Source: Octopus vulgaris
Taxonomy: Eukaryota
Reading direction: 5' to 3'
Assembly: GCA_951406725.2 (NCBI GenBank)
Contig: OX597827.1
Location: forward strand, 78,244,001 to 78,308,000
Length of the DNA: 64,000 bases
Part shown: in pieces, positions 47,968 to 61,241 of the stretch
Numbering within the stretch: the stretch's first letter is position 1
Layout: each line of letters opens with the position of its first letter
Translations under genes and position numbers: made by a program
Notes under the pieces: generated by a model
Database searches by the model: none
What the model was told of the DNA's origin: nothing
Seen by the model: the letters and a program-made list of their open reading frames with translations, nothing else

Positions 47968-48352
47968 GTGTGGAGGCGCAATGGCCCAGTGGTTAGGGCA
48001 GTGGACTCGCGGTCATAGCATCGCGGTTTCGATTCCCAGACCGGGCGTTGTGAGTGTTTATTGAGCGAAAACACCTAAAGCTCCACGAGGCTCCGGCAGG
48101 GGCTGGTGGTGATCCTTGCTGTACTCTTTCACCACAACTTTCTCTCACTCTTACTTCCTGTTTCTGTTGTACCTGTATTTCAAAGGGGCCGGCCTTGTCA
48201 CTCTCTGTGTAAAGCTGAATATCCCCGAGAACTACGTTAAGGGTACACGTGTCTGTGGAGTGCTCAGCCACTTGCACGTTAATTTCACGAGCAGGCTGTT
48301 CCGTTGATTCGGATCAACCGGAACCCTCGTCGTCGTAACTGACGGAGTGCTT
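47968..48352 (+). mobile_element. tRNA-derived SINE family D2, full length
   Basis: A box TGGCCCAGTGG, B box GTTTCGATTCC, body ending GTCGTAACTGACGGAGTGC; duplication AGTTAGGTC. Confidence 0.95.
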
Positions 48353-48749
48353 CCATATCCAGTTAGGTCCAGATCTCCGACAAACTTTACATGCTACATT
48401 GTTGACCTGTTGAAGCCATATTAGCAGAGATAAGTGATTAGGTGATTAAAACTCGTTATGGTGAAAATGATGTATTTATGCATGTATGAATTTTTTTCTG
48501 TCTTTTTTTTTTCTTTCTTTTTTGCCAATTTCCATTTGATTACAAGTCTTGTATTTTGTTAATACACATTTCATTGCTCTCGTCTGCTTTAGAAGCTTTC
48601 TTCTACAATTTTCTTGTGTTTTCCTTTCTTGTTTGTCTTTTCTCATATACTCCCTCCCACACCATCCCCCACCCATGTTGACTTGTCATTCCTTACATGA
48701 CCACCTCTTCGGCTCTGCTTGAAGCAAACATCCACCCAAGTGCTGGTGG

Positions 48750-49047
48750 GATCGAGTGGTAAGAAGTTTGCTTCCCAACCACATGGTTCTGGGTTCAGTC
48801 CCCCTGCATAGCACCTTAAGCAAGCGTCTTTTACATCTATGAGTGTTTGTGTCTGTGTTTACACCCCACCACTGCTTGACAACCGGTGTTGGTGTGTTTA
48901 TGTCTCCATAATTTAGCAAAAGAGACTGGGAAAATAAGTACCCAGCTTTAAAAATAGGGTCCTGGGGTGGATTCATTCAACTAAAAATCTTACTAGGTGG
49001 TGCCCTAGCATGATGGCAATCTAATGACTGAAACAAGTAAAAGATAA
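48750..49047 (+). mobile_element. SINE family A, degenerate
   Basis: Head and ATGACTGAAACAAGTAAAAGA tail recognisable. Confidence 0.85.
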
Positions 49048-49357
49048 ACATCTTAAAGTTTGTCATGAGCCCCGTGACCCATAAGGTGGCCCAGAGCTTA
49101 AGCCAATTTCCTGAAATTATAATTCTCTCTGCCCCTTTGAACGGAATGTCATAGCATTAAGTTCCCAGGGATTACTGGAACTTATTTACAGCTGAAGAGA
49201 GGGGAACATTGTGAAATTAAATATTTTGCTTAAGAAACAAAACACAATACCCAATCCAGGAATTGAAACCACAATCTTACGACTGCAAATGCAACATCCC
49301 TAGCCACCAGGCCACATACTTTCACCTACCAAGTATCTACAGTTTTATATTAAGATT

Positions 49358-49822
49358 GTAAAAAGCACCATCCGACCGTGGCCGTTTGCCAGCCCCGTCT
49401 GGCACGTAAAAAGCACCCACGACACTCACGGAGTGGTTGGCGTTAGGAAGGGCATCCAGTCGTAGAAACATTGCCAGATCAGACTGGGCCTGGTGCAGCC
49501 TTCTGGCTTCCCAGACCCCAGTTGAACCGTCCAACCCATACTAGCATGGAAAGCGGACGCTAAACGATAATGATGATTGTGAGAGAGTTTGAGGGTTATT
49601 TAGGTTGCATGTTTATAATACAGACATTCAATTGCTGGTGCCATGTAAAAAAGAAGCACCCGGTACACTGAGTAAAGTGGTTGGCATTAGGAACGGCATC
49701 CAGTTGTAGAAACCTTGCCAAAACAAACAACGGGGCCTGGTGTGGCTCCTGGCCTTGCCAGTTCCCGTTAAGAGATCCAATTCATGCCAGAAGGAAAATC
49801 GGACGTTAAATGATGAGGATGA
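49358..49822 (+). mobile_element. Two tandem family C copies (49358-49575 and 49630-49822)
   Basis: Both carry the GGTTGGC.TTAGGAA.GGCATCCAG core and GGACG.TAAA.GATGA tail. Confidence 0.9.
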
Positions 49823-50666
49823 TTCAAGTGTCCAGTACACACTTTATTGAATGAGAGAGTGTGTTAAGTGTAATATTACAAGATGTGAATGTAAATATGT
49901 TGGTAACTACTACTACTACTACTACTGCTGCTACTGTTGTTTTATTTACTATGTAACTGCTGAGGTTTTATGGCTGTGTGGTTGAAAGAAGTTCATTTTG
50001 TAACCATAGTGTACTAGACTCAGTCCCACTGTGTGGGATTTGGGGTAAGTTTTTCCAATAATGGTGATGTGTTGTTCAAAGCAGAAATTGTACAGAAGCC
50101 TGGTACGTGTGTGTGTGTGTGTTTGCTTTATCAAGTAATTTAGTGCATCAAAACAAAGCGACCCGGTAATGTTCATTGAAAAACTTGAACCAGTAATAAC
50201 GACTCGAATGGTGTTGTTGCTGGGGAGTGTATACAAAGGGAGGTAATAAGGGTAGCGCTATGCCTCGGTGAAGTTTGACCTGGAAAGAATTACGGTCAAT
50301 CGAGGTTTAATGGACTAATTACATATACACACAGGTATGCATACACTGTATACGCACAAGGGTGTGTATATATATATATATAAGTGTAGTGGTCACTAAA
50401 GTGGCTGAGGGTGCTAGTCAGCACCAGCATTGCTAGAAATAGGTGTCAAAACAACACTTAGCCACGTAAGAGCACTTTTCTAACAGCCAGCAAAGAGTTG
50501 TTTTGACTCTTATTTCTAGCAATGCTGATGCTCACTAGCACCCTCAACCACTCTAGTGATGACTATACTTGTTGCCTTCCTTTTGATTGTTAATTGCAAA
50601 TAGTCACCTTATATATATATATATATATATATCCCATGGAGGGTTGCACTCACAACTCCTATCTCA

Positions 50667-50707
<41 letters not shown>

Positions 50708-50744
50708 CATAAATACATATATATAAATATATTGTTTATATATA

Positions 50745-51580
50745 TATATTTTTATTTGTTTCAGTCATTTGACTGAGGTCATGCTGGAGCACTGACTTTA
50801 GTCGAATAAATCGACCCCAGGACTTATGTTTTGTAAGCCTGCTGAGACCCCCTTTGGTCATGACTGACCATGGGATTGCACCTAGAAAGTTACTCTCCTA
50901 GGCACACGTCCAGGCAAGGTTGTTTCATGGAAGATCAGCAGTCGCCCATGCATACCATGCTTCCCCTCTCCACACCATTGATGTTATCCAAGGGAAAGGC
51001 AAAGGGGCCGTTACAGCTTGGCACCTGTGACATCACAACTCATTTCTACAGCTGAGTGAACTGGAGCAACATGAAATAAAGTGTCTTGCTCAAGAACTCA
51101 ACACGCAGCCTGGTCAAGGATTCGAACTCACTACCTCACGATTATAAGCTCGACGCTCTATTGGTCGCTTTTGCCGAACTGTTTAGTTACTGGGATGTAA
51201 ACACACCAGCATTGGTTGTCAAGTGATGTTGGTGGGGGTATAGAGAAACACAGACATGTCATCATCGTTTAGCATCCGCTTTCCATGATGGCATGGGTTG
51301 GACGGTTTGACTGAGGACTGGTGAGCCAGAGGCTGCACCAGGCTCCAATCTGGTCTGGCAAAGTTTCTATAGCCTGATGCCCTTCCTAACACCAACCACG
51401 CCGAGAGTGTAGTGGGTGCTTTTTACGTGCTACTGGCATGAGGGCCAGTCAGATGGTTCTGGCAACAACTACGCTCAGGCTCAAAAGGTGTTTTTACGTG
51501 CTAACTGCACGGGAGCCAGTCCGGCGGCACTGGCAACAACCATGCTTGAATGTTGTTTCTCACGTGCCACTGGCACATGT
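50745..51580 (-). mobile_element. Nested SINEs: family A interrupted by family F (50841-51160) and family C (51258-51580)
   Basis: Segments match the respective families on the minus strand. Confidence 0.85.
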
Positions 51581-52810
51581 GTGTCTGTGTGTATTTTGGA
51601 GTCTTTGAGATGAAGCTCTTCTTGAAGACTCCTTCCCTTCTGATATGATGCTCACGTGAAATTCCAAGGATTTTTCTCCAGCACCTTTAGTGAAAGACAT
51701 CCAACATTTTGGTGATTGCTGTAGTGTTGTTCCATGTTTCACTTACCCATTGTTTTATCGGTAGCACGATGGCATGGTGCCATGACCAATGCTACTTGAT
51801 GTGATGTTCAGTTGGATTCACGAAACAGATTTCATCCATTCTGCATTTGACATGAGCTTCAACATTCATAATATCCCAACCATACAAAAATCACCCAGTA
51901 GACTCTGCAAAGTGGTTAGCATTAGGAAGGGCATCGTGTTGTAGAGAAACCTTATAAAAACAAACAATAGAGCTTGGTACAGTTCTCTATCACACTGGAT
52001 CCTGTCAAATTGTCCAACCCATGCCAGCATGGAAAATGAATGTTAAATGGTAATGATGAGGATGATATGTGAAATAAGCAAAGAAGAGCACATCAAGACC
52101 GCATGATCAGGGATTATCTTAAAGAATACCACTGAATCATGTAATACAGGGTTAACCTTGATATATTGACCCAGCCATAAATCACCTCCCCCTGCTGACA
52201 TCATACATCACATGACACCAAGGTGATCCTATAGTTCTACCTTTACACTGTGTCCACAAATGGTCGTGGACATTCCCTTGGATTTACTACTATTTGTCAT
52301 GATCCTGCTGAGAATCCACATTATGGACTAATGTCAACCCTTTTGTTACCATATTCCTATGGAAATACACAGTGTTAATTTTGAAAATATTGAAGAATTT
52401 GGTGAAATAATTTTGTTGTTGTTATTAAGTTAGTCCTTGGTAAATAAATTACCATGAAATTTTGAAGGCAGTTTTTAATTTAGAACATTTTAAAACCAGA
52501 AGCTTATACCATGGAACAAGTGGTATCAGAAGATTTAAACATACTTCAGTTTAAACACACACACATATATATCACTTCAGTAAAGTATGGACATTTAATT
52601 AGCTGCCTACCAGAACAATGGGGAGAGAGAGGAATATAAGCATATTTCAGAGTATCTATAAATGCTGGGTGATGTGTGTAGGGGAGAAGAGCAATATAAT
52701 ATACACACGTTACAGGGTATATATATATATATAAGACAAGGTATAAATAATAGTTATTACATATTTTTATATTTTTTTTAGAGTATATTTGGCTAACAGC
52801 TGTTTCCAGT

Positions 52811-53337
52811 TACTACAGCACTCTGTTGGTTACGAAGACGAGGGTTTCAGTTGATCCAATTAACAGAACAGTCTACTCATGAAATTAACGTGCAAGTGGC
52901 TGAGTACTCCACAGACACGTGTACCCTTAATGTAGTTCTCAGGGAGGGTTGGCATTAGGAAGGGCATCTAGCTGTAGAAATTCTGCCAGATCAAGATTGG
53001 AGCCTGTTGCAGCCATCTGGTTCGCCAGTCCTCAGTCAAATCGTCCAACCAATGCTAGCATTGAAAGCGGACGTTAAACAATGATGATGATGATTCAGCG
53101 TGACACAGAGTGTGACAAAGCTGGCCTGTTGAAAATACAGGTACAACAGAAAGAGGAAGAAAGACAAAGAGAAAGTTGTGGTGAAAGAGTACAGCAGGGT
53201 TCTCCCCCTGCTGGAGACTTGTGGAGGTTTAGGTGTTTTTGCTCAATAAACACTCACAACACTCGGTCTGGGAATCGAAACTGCAATCCTACGACTGTGA
53301 GTCTGCTGCCCTAACCACTGGGCCATTGTGCCTCCAC
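52811..53337 (-). mobile_element. SINE family D2 containing a plus-strand family C fragment (52945-53093)
   Basis: Duplication GCTGTTTCCAGT; inserted into a long palindrome. Confidence 0.9.
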
Positions 53338-54349
53338 GCTGTTTCCAGTAGTCATTATAGATATGTTACTTATAGGTTTACTCAAATGGTCTATTGATAA
53401 GCTGAGAAAAATTGGACAATCCCAAAAAATAAATGCTACTTTAGTCAGAGCCATTTCTGGCTATAATGTAACAGAATGCAGTGCTTTACTTCGTTATAAC
53501 CAGAAATGTCTCTGACAAAAATAGTATTTATTTTTTTAGGCAGTTCAATTATTCTCAACTGATTAATAGACCAATTGAATAAACCTATCAGTAATGTACC
53601 TATAATGGCTACTGGAAACAGCTGTAAGCCAAATTTACTCTAATAAAGGAGAAATACATAATGCAGTTAAATGACTGAAACAAGTAAAAGAAAAGAATTT
53701 GGGAGCAGTTGGATATGTTAGGCCCCTAGGACATGTTTTACATAACAATTTATGAACTATTGATGATCATTATCGATTGACCTGTCAGAAATACAACTCA
53801 TTGCTTCACTACATTTGTGATGGCAAGAGACACGAGGGAGTCTTTGTAACTCAGTGCAGAATAAATATCCCAAAGAACATCCTTTAGAAAGCGATTTATC
53901 AGTTTTTGTCCCACCAGTGTTCCACTTTATGATACACATATGTGATGGCAACAGTTTGGTTTTCAGTAATACCGGCACTTGATTGTTATCTTGAATACAA
54001 GCAGCACAAATGTGGCTTTCTGATCTTGTTGTGGACTCCCAGTCTTTTAGACAGATGTGATCGATGATGCAGCAGGTGTTACAATATTGTTTGAGTAAAC
54101 TTGCATTTGAAGTTTCATTCTGCTTTCAGACACACATTCTTTGCAACACACACACACACATGCACTGTTTCCCCCCACCACTCTAATCATCCACATTTTG
54201 AATCCCTCCCCACCTCCTCAAATTTTCTCTATTGTCAATTATCAGTAATTCAACAAAAACATTAGCCATGTCACTCCCACAGGTCTGGGAAAGTCTGTAA
54301 AGGCCCTTTACACAGTCCTAGACCAAATCATTAAAAGGAACAGACTTAT

Positions 54350-54513
54350 TTGGTTTAGAACTTTATTTCACAACCATGTAGTCCTGGGTTCAATTCCATT
54401 GCATGGCACCATAGGCAGGTGTCTCTACCTTGGACAAGTTTCTTCTCTCATAGTATTAGGTTGACCAATGCTATTTGAGTGGAATTGGATGGATAGACAC
54501 AGTATGAAGTCTG

Positions 54514-54552
<39 letters not shown>

Positions 54553-55120
54553 TCATCATCATCATCGTTTAACGTCCGCTTTCCATGCTACCATGGGTCG
54601 GACAGTTTGACTGAGGACTGGCAAGCCAGAAGGTCGTACCAGGCTCTAATCTGATCTGGCAAAGCTTCTACAGCTGGATGCCCTTCCTAACGCCAACCAC
54701 TCCGAGAGTGTAGTGGGTGCTTTTACGTGCTACCCGCACAGGAGTCAGTCACGTGGTACTGGCAACGACCACGCTTGAATGGTACTTTTTACATGCGACC
54801 GGCACAGGAGCCAGTCAGGTGGCACTGGCAATGACCATGCTCGAATGGTACTTTTTATGTGCCACTGGCATGGGAGCGAACAATTTATACAAACACACAC
54901 ACACACATATATATAATTGTTTGTGTGTATGTCTTTGTTTTTATCTTGACCCCCCCACCACCACCACTGCTTGATAACTAGTGTTGGTTTGTTTACATCC
55001 CCATAACTTAGCTGTTCAGCACAAGCTAATAACAGAATAAGTACTGGCATTGACTTGTTCAACTAAGCTCTCAGGGTGATGCTCCAGCATGTCCATTGTC
55101 CAATGGCCGAAACAATTAAA
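54350..55120 (+). mobile_element. Degenerate family A SINE interrupted by minus-strand family C (54550-54875)
   Basis: A head before and A tail after the family C copy, which sits in the internal (TA)n. Confidence 0.85.
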
Positions 55121-56152
55121 AGCTGATAATGGTTAATTCAATTAACACATGTCCTTCACCAGCAGAGAGAAGATAAACTGAAATGGGATGCTTGAGTAGA
55201 AATGGCAGAGGACGTAATAATAATAATAAGAAGTATATAAGAGAAGGAAAGGGAAAAGCCAGGAATGGAAAACTAAGGAAAAAGAAAAGAAAGGATGAGA
55301 GGAAAATGAGGAAGATGTAAGGAGAAATAAAGAAGTGAGAAGAAACAGCAGTTTGTGGAGAGAAAATAATATTGTGATGGAGAGGAGGAAAGTATATGAT
55401 GAGAAACATGGCTTTAAACAGACAAGAGAGAGAGAGAGAGGAGAACACAAGAGTGTCTGTGAAGAAGAAGAAAGCCATAGCTACGAGATTGGAAAGCGTG
55501 ACAGTTCAGCCATGAGGCTGAGAGAATCTGGCTTCCAGGCCAAAATTCTTGTCATAGAGATGGGAAGTGAAAGGATTGGTGGTGGGGGGTCTACGATTTC
55601 ATGAAATGGCTCTCAAATCCCGAAAGAAAAAGAACCAGGGCTCTTAAGACAAGGGCCAAAGACGCTGAGAAGAGTTCCCACTGAATTTGGTCAAAGGGGA
55701 ATGGAAGTGAATTTCTGAAGACATCATTTACCAAACAATCAACTGGCGTCTCAGACTGAAATGGCTGTAGCATCTAAGACATCTTGGCTCTGGGACACTT
55801 TAACCACCCAGGAGGATTGCAATACAGATAGAAACACAGAATGTGGAAACAGAGGGATATCCAGGAATCATGACTTGGATATGTCTTGTCCCCCTTAGAG
55901 TGTAAAAAGTTATGGATTGAAACACTTGGGAGGATGGCCGTGGGGTTGCTTCTCGAAGGACCTGCTCTTCAAATCTCCCTCCAGTTTCTCACTACTTATA
56001 ATAATAATGAAATTATTGCATACAGTGTTCAGGTGCACCACAACTTGTCAAAAGGGCAGATAAAGTATATGCAGTAATGTACAAATGTCTGGAAAGCGAA
56101 CAGTGTATTGACATTTTCCTTTACCAATAACACTAATTTCGAATATTAGTTA

Positions 56153-56505
56153 CATCATCATCATCATCATCGTTTAGCGTCCGTTTTCCATGCTAGGATG
56201 GGTTGGACGGTTCAACTGGGGTCTGGGAAGCCCGAAGGCTGCACCAGGCCAGTCAGATCTGGCAGTGTTTCTACAGCTGGATGCCCTTCCTAACGCCAAC
56301 CACTCCGTGAGTGTAGTGGGTGTTTTTTATGTGCCACCGACACAGGTGCCAGACGAGGCTGGCGAACGGCCTCGCTCGAATGGTGCTTTTTTATGTGCCA
56401 CGGACACGGGTGCCAGACGAGGCTGGCGAACGGCCACGCTCGGATGGTGCTTTTTATGTGCCACCGGCACGGAGGCCAGGCGAGGCTGGCACGGCCACGA
56501 TCGTT
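56153..56505 (-). mobile_element. Family C copy with three 5' modules
   Basis: Very close reverse match to 28855-29243. Confidence 0.95.
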
Positions 56506-56639
56506 ACATTAATATAAATCCCTAAATATTTAGTTTTACCGAAAAAGCTCTTACTGCCCCCTTTCTTCTATATAGCCTCCTAAAATAAATAAATCCACAC
56601 AATACAATCTCTATCAAAAAGCTATTTTCATCAGTGACA

Positions 56640-56838
56640 TTATATTCGGCCAACACCGGTTGCTAAGTTATCTCTCTTAGTGACTCTCCATCATTCATTG
56701 TGAATCTGTTTCTTTCAAAAATCCTTCCCTCCTCATCTTCAGCCTCTCTCTCCCTATATATATCTAATCTACATGTGTTTAGTATATAATACTATATCGC
56801 CTTATATACACTACTATGTATATCCGTTGTCGGTAAGT
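56640..56838 (+). promoter_or_regulatory. Candidate non-coding first exon for the 61242 gene
   Basis: Unique sequence with scattered CpGs ending in donor TCG|GTAAGT at 56832/56833; acceptor TTTGTTTGTAG ending 60494. Confidence 0.5.
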
Positions 56839-58224
56839 CCATATATATACAGTTTTTGTTTCATAGCTCAATGTCGTAAACAGGTTCAATAAATAAATAA
56901 CTTCAGTTTATTCCCCATTGTTTATATAAAAAACAGCGTACTTTTAGTGAATATTAGATGAGAACCGCTGTAAAAGGTCAGATATAATGTCGATTCCGAG
57001 TACTGTGCAGGGTTGTTTACATATATATATGCATTTGGGATAGAACAGAGATCGCTGTTTTATTCAAAACTATTTTTTGATGTTGCACACACACACATAC
57101 ACACAGAGCAATATGCTCTACTTAATTTATATTGTAGAAATAAATTTGTATGTTCGAAGCTGGTGATCAACTCGGTCGCTTTTTCGTTTTCACTTTTTTT
57201 TAGTGATTAATTTTAAATATCCAGTTTTCAAATTTTAGATTTATTTATCTATACAAACAAACAAACACACACATACACAGAACTGTTTACATCTTTCTTG
57301 CTGTTATTATCATTAATACATTTCCTCATTATATATATATATATATATATTGAGAGAGAGAGAGAGAGAGAAAGATACATAGATAGATAGAGAGGGAGAG
57401 TGGGGAGAGAGCCCTGAAGGCCTCTTCATCCGAAATGTCTGTCCAGCAGCCCCTGACTCCACTAAGATGGCCTCTCAGTGCATCTGTTGACATTAGCTCT
57501 GTAATGATCTTTAATTCAAATATCGTCTTTTTTCCCTCCTCGTCGACTCCAATTCTTATTGACTCTCGATCACTAAAATTTTTGTCACGAAACTTGACCC
57601 CTAAAATGTCTATTTCCATCCACTGTTGTCCCTCTCCCTTCTCAACATCCACAATTCAGTATTGTCCTTTTTCCTCTCCCTTCTCTCTCTCCCCTTTTCC
57701 CCCCCTTTCTCTCTCTTTTCACCCTCGCCCGCCATTTCCATTCAATCCCTCATCAACAGACATTAACATTTGGTCTTGAACAGCAAAACAATCCTTATTT
57801 GTTATTTTCCCAGCCGAACATTTAACAGTGCAAACGGCAGACAAACGCTCTTTATGTACTTTCGTTTCTCCAATGTTTTGAGTTCAGTCACGCCTGGGCA
57901 GATAAATTCTTTCTTCTCTGCGGTCAATTTACTTTTCACAGGGTTTACCTTTCACAGTCATTGATTCTGTTTTTTTACTTTACAACGAGATCCAACCAAT
58001 AAGAGAAGATCGCTCGCTTGACCTTTTAATCTACTAGAAATAGTAGCCAAATGTCCATCAAGTCTTAAAACAAAAAACAAAGAAAAAAGACATTAGCGGA
58101 TAACATAGTCGGAGGTGGTGGGGGGTATATTGACTTTAAAAAAGGACGTAATGGTCACGGTTGGTGTTATAAATCTTACTCAGTCATGCCTAACTTGGGG
58201 CTAAACAAGCAGAGCCGTTCGTCA

Positions 58225-58960
58225 GGTTTGAAACTGAGATGAGATGGTGATCCCTGGTGGTCTTTGCAGGGTGTGTGAGACCAGGGCAATTGGTTCTGTT
58301 GCCAGTTGGTGGTTGCAGGGAATACTTAGAGGGAAGGGGTTAAACGCAGAGCTGACATTCAGGGAAAGAAGGCAGGACTGTTTGGGCCTGGGAGTGGATG
58401 CAACATGGGAGATGAAAGGAAAAGAGAAACAAGTTGCTCGAGAGAGTTTGATTGGAAGGTGGAATGAGATGAGATATCTATGAGGAGCAGAGGCCATTGC
58501 AGTAATGGTAGAAAGGACTGAGAGGAGACCATCTATCTGTGAAACAAAAGCTCTGTGTGTGTGTGAATGTGACTTCATGTCAGTTATTTCAGTAGACTTT
58601 CTCTGGGTGTAATCTAGAAGGTCTTTGTGTAGCAGCAGCTGCAGCGGCACTGTCACACCACATTTGTGGCAGGGAGCACTTCTGTTGTGGCCCTCAGCTG
58701 AGCTCTTTAGAGAGTTATTGTTAAGGGCAGAAGAAGCTGTGTAGGTACTGGCATGGTGGTTGGTTGCCTTTTGACTCACAAGGCATGGGGTAACAGCCTT
58801 ATTAGTATCCCCACCCCAGTAAGTAGTCTGTGGAGTGGTGGTGGTGATATAACTTGATGCTCAGTTTTGTTTGGTTGGTGAGAATTAGTGACATGGAAGA
58901 AATGGGGAAGAAGGATTGTGCGTTATGGTGGTGAGAGGAAGGTGCCACAAGTGAGTTTGG
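58225..58960 (-). mobile_element. Possible decayed LINE ORF1 (zinc-knuckle) remnant
   Basis: PCL.SQK..NHHAST..LKSSAEGH...CHKC resembles eroded CCHC knuckles; composition differs from flanks. Confidence 0.3.
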
Positions 58961-59079
58961 TGTTGGTTTTAGTCCTACATCGATCATGATTGAGCAAATC
59001 TATGATGAAAGATTTTTTTTTTCTTCAGTTGTGCTCCCATCCATCCATGTCCTTTTCTAGACACTTCCTTTCCTTTCTT

Positions 59080-59590
59080 TCATTGGACACTAAACTCTGC
59101 TTGCGAAGACCTGTTGAAGCAAGTGAAATCGATATCAAAATCCAATTCGATGACTGGCATCCATGCTGATGGAGCGCTAAGAGCACCATCCGAGTGTGAT
59201 TGTTGCCAGAGCAACAAACTGGCTTTCGTGCCGGTGGCATGTAAAAAGCATCATTCGAGCATGATCGTTACCTGTGTCGCCTTACTGGCACTTGTGCTGG
59301 TGGCACATGAAAAAAAACATTCAAGCGAGGTTGTTGTCAGTGCAGGTGGCACATAAAAAGCACCATTTGAGCGTGGCTGTTGCCAGTACTGCCTGACTAG
59401 CCCTTGTGCCAGTGGCACGTAAAAAGCACCCACTACACTCTCGGAGTGGTTGGCGTTAGGAAGGGCATCCAGCTGTAGAAACTCTGCCAGATCAAGATTG
59501 GAGCCTGGTGCAGCCATCTGGTTCACCAGACCTCAGTCAAATCGTCCAACCCATGCCAGCATGGAAAGCGGATGTTAAACGATGATGATG
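59080..59590 (+). mobile_element. Longest family C copy (five diverged modules plus extra 5' sequence)
   Basis: CATTGGACACTAAACTCTGCTTGC leader, modules, core and (GAT)n tail. Confidence 0.92.
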
Positions 59591-60884
59591 AATATATCTA
59601 GGACTACAGTATGTTATAATTTATATTCTTCAGAGTGTGATTTGGCTGCTATTTCTGTAGTTCAAGTTGTATGTTCTTCATATGTATGGGAATGTGATGT
59701 GGGTTTTTAGTTCATTGTGATCATTGAAGCTTATACGATCTAAACATTATCTTGAGACATCTCTTATCCATTTTGTTTTTGGACAGAACACTATATTCTG
59801 CATGACCACAGTTCACCTGTTTGTCAGAAATATGTACCAAAATATGTGGGGGGGTGTTACCTATGATAGACTGTTAGAATGTTACCTGGCACTTAGGGCC
59901 TTCTTTTGTAAAAGTGTTAGGTATGTGGAAGATAATAAAATAATCTCATATAGTCTGTAGGGAAGAAAGACAAAATATATCTTATATCCATTTCACCCCT
60001 TTAAATCTGAATTAAATACTGACCCTGGGCCTTAAAAATGTGTTGATGCTTTAGTGAGACATTATGGATATCACAGTGTTGACCAGTCCAATGCATGTTA
60101 TACATTGCTGGTCCATCACATTGTTTTTAGCTTTTGAATGATGACACCCTGCTGGTCAGGCAAGCATGCCAACATTCTCACTGATTGCAGGGTTACCCAT
60201 TGACAGCAGAATGGACTGGATCGACGGGAAATGAAGTGTTTTGCTCAAAAACACAATGCACCACCTGATCCAGGAATTGAACTCGTGATCTAGTGATTGT
60301 GAGTATGCTACTCTTACCACTAGGACATGTGCCTTCCAGTATACATTATGGATATAGTGAGGTAAAATAGGGGAAACCCAGAAGTTTTTTTAATAGAAAT
60401 GTAATGAGTTGTCTGTTGTTCCCCCAACTTTGTATGAAACTCCTTACCAATATTTACCTGGCTATTATTTATTTGTTTTTCTGTTTGTTTGTAGGAATTT
60501 GTTGGAGGTATGAGAAATAGTCACCTTGTTCAGGGGTCCTGTGAACATCAGAAGAGAAAGTTTAACGAAACATCATCCTCTCTCCTCTTCACATACAGAA
60601 CTGCCGTTCACACTTGAGTGATGACATCTTGGAGTAGAAAGACAACCTCACTCGGTGGAGTCTAGTCTACTGGAAACTAAGATCTCATAGCAAAGTAGCT
60701 GTGTGTTGTATGTTTGTTCCACTGCTGGATCTTCTCAAACTCTTTTCTCATGTGATATCATGGATATAAAATGGAGATTGGCAATTAGAGAAAGAGCTCA
60801 CAGGAGAATATTGTTGAAATCTATTCTTTATTAACCTGACAATAACACAGCAAGGTATTCTGTCATAGCAATCTGCAAGGTATA

Positions 60885-61036
60885 TCAGCGCACAAGAGGA
60901 TACTATACTATATTACAACATAATACTATACCATCAACCTACAATATAACACTGTATTATATAATCAACCCACAAGAGGATATCATGCTATATTAGCCCA
61001 CAAGAGGGTATCATGCTATATTAGCCCACAAGAGGA
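60885..61036 (+). repeat. Short tandem repeat (about 28-bp unit, four copies) upstream of the 61242 ATG
   Basis: A(G/A)CCCACAAGAGG(A/G)TATCATGCTATATT reiterated. Confidence 0.85.
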
Positions 61037-61241
61037 ATTTTTTATTTGTATTTCTGTTTTTCTTTCAAATTTTAAACTGAAAACCCAAGGTTACCTCTGC
61101 AGTGTATATGTGTGTGTATGATAGAGGTTTATAGTAGCAGTGTGTTGTACATATTAGGAGTTTGTGGTGTTTACTAGAGGTGTGTAGTGCATTGGAGAGA
61201 AGCGGGTGTGCTGTGTCTGGTAGGAGAAGCACTGCTCAAAA

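Noticed and set aside
47968-48045. Functional tRNA gene
   Set aside because: The tRNA-like sequence continues into a multi-copy SINE body with a target-site duplication; the same holds for all other tRNA-like heads here.
55560-55960. LINE endonuclease remnant (DILALGHFNHP resembling GDFN)
   Set aside because: Single weak motif without supporting neighbouring motifs; not enough to call.
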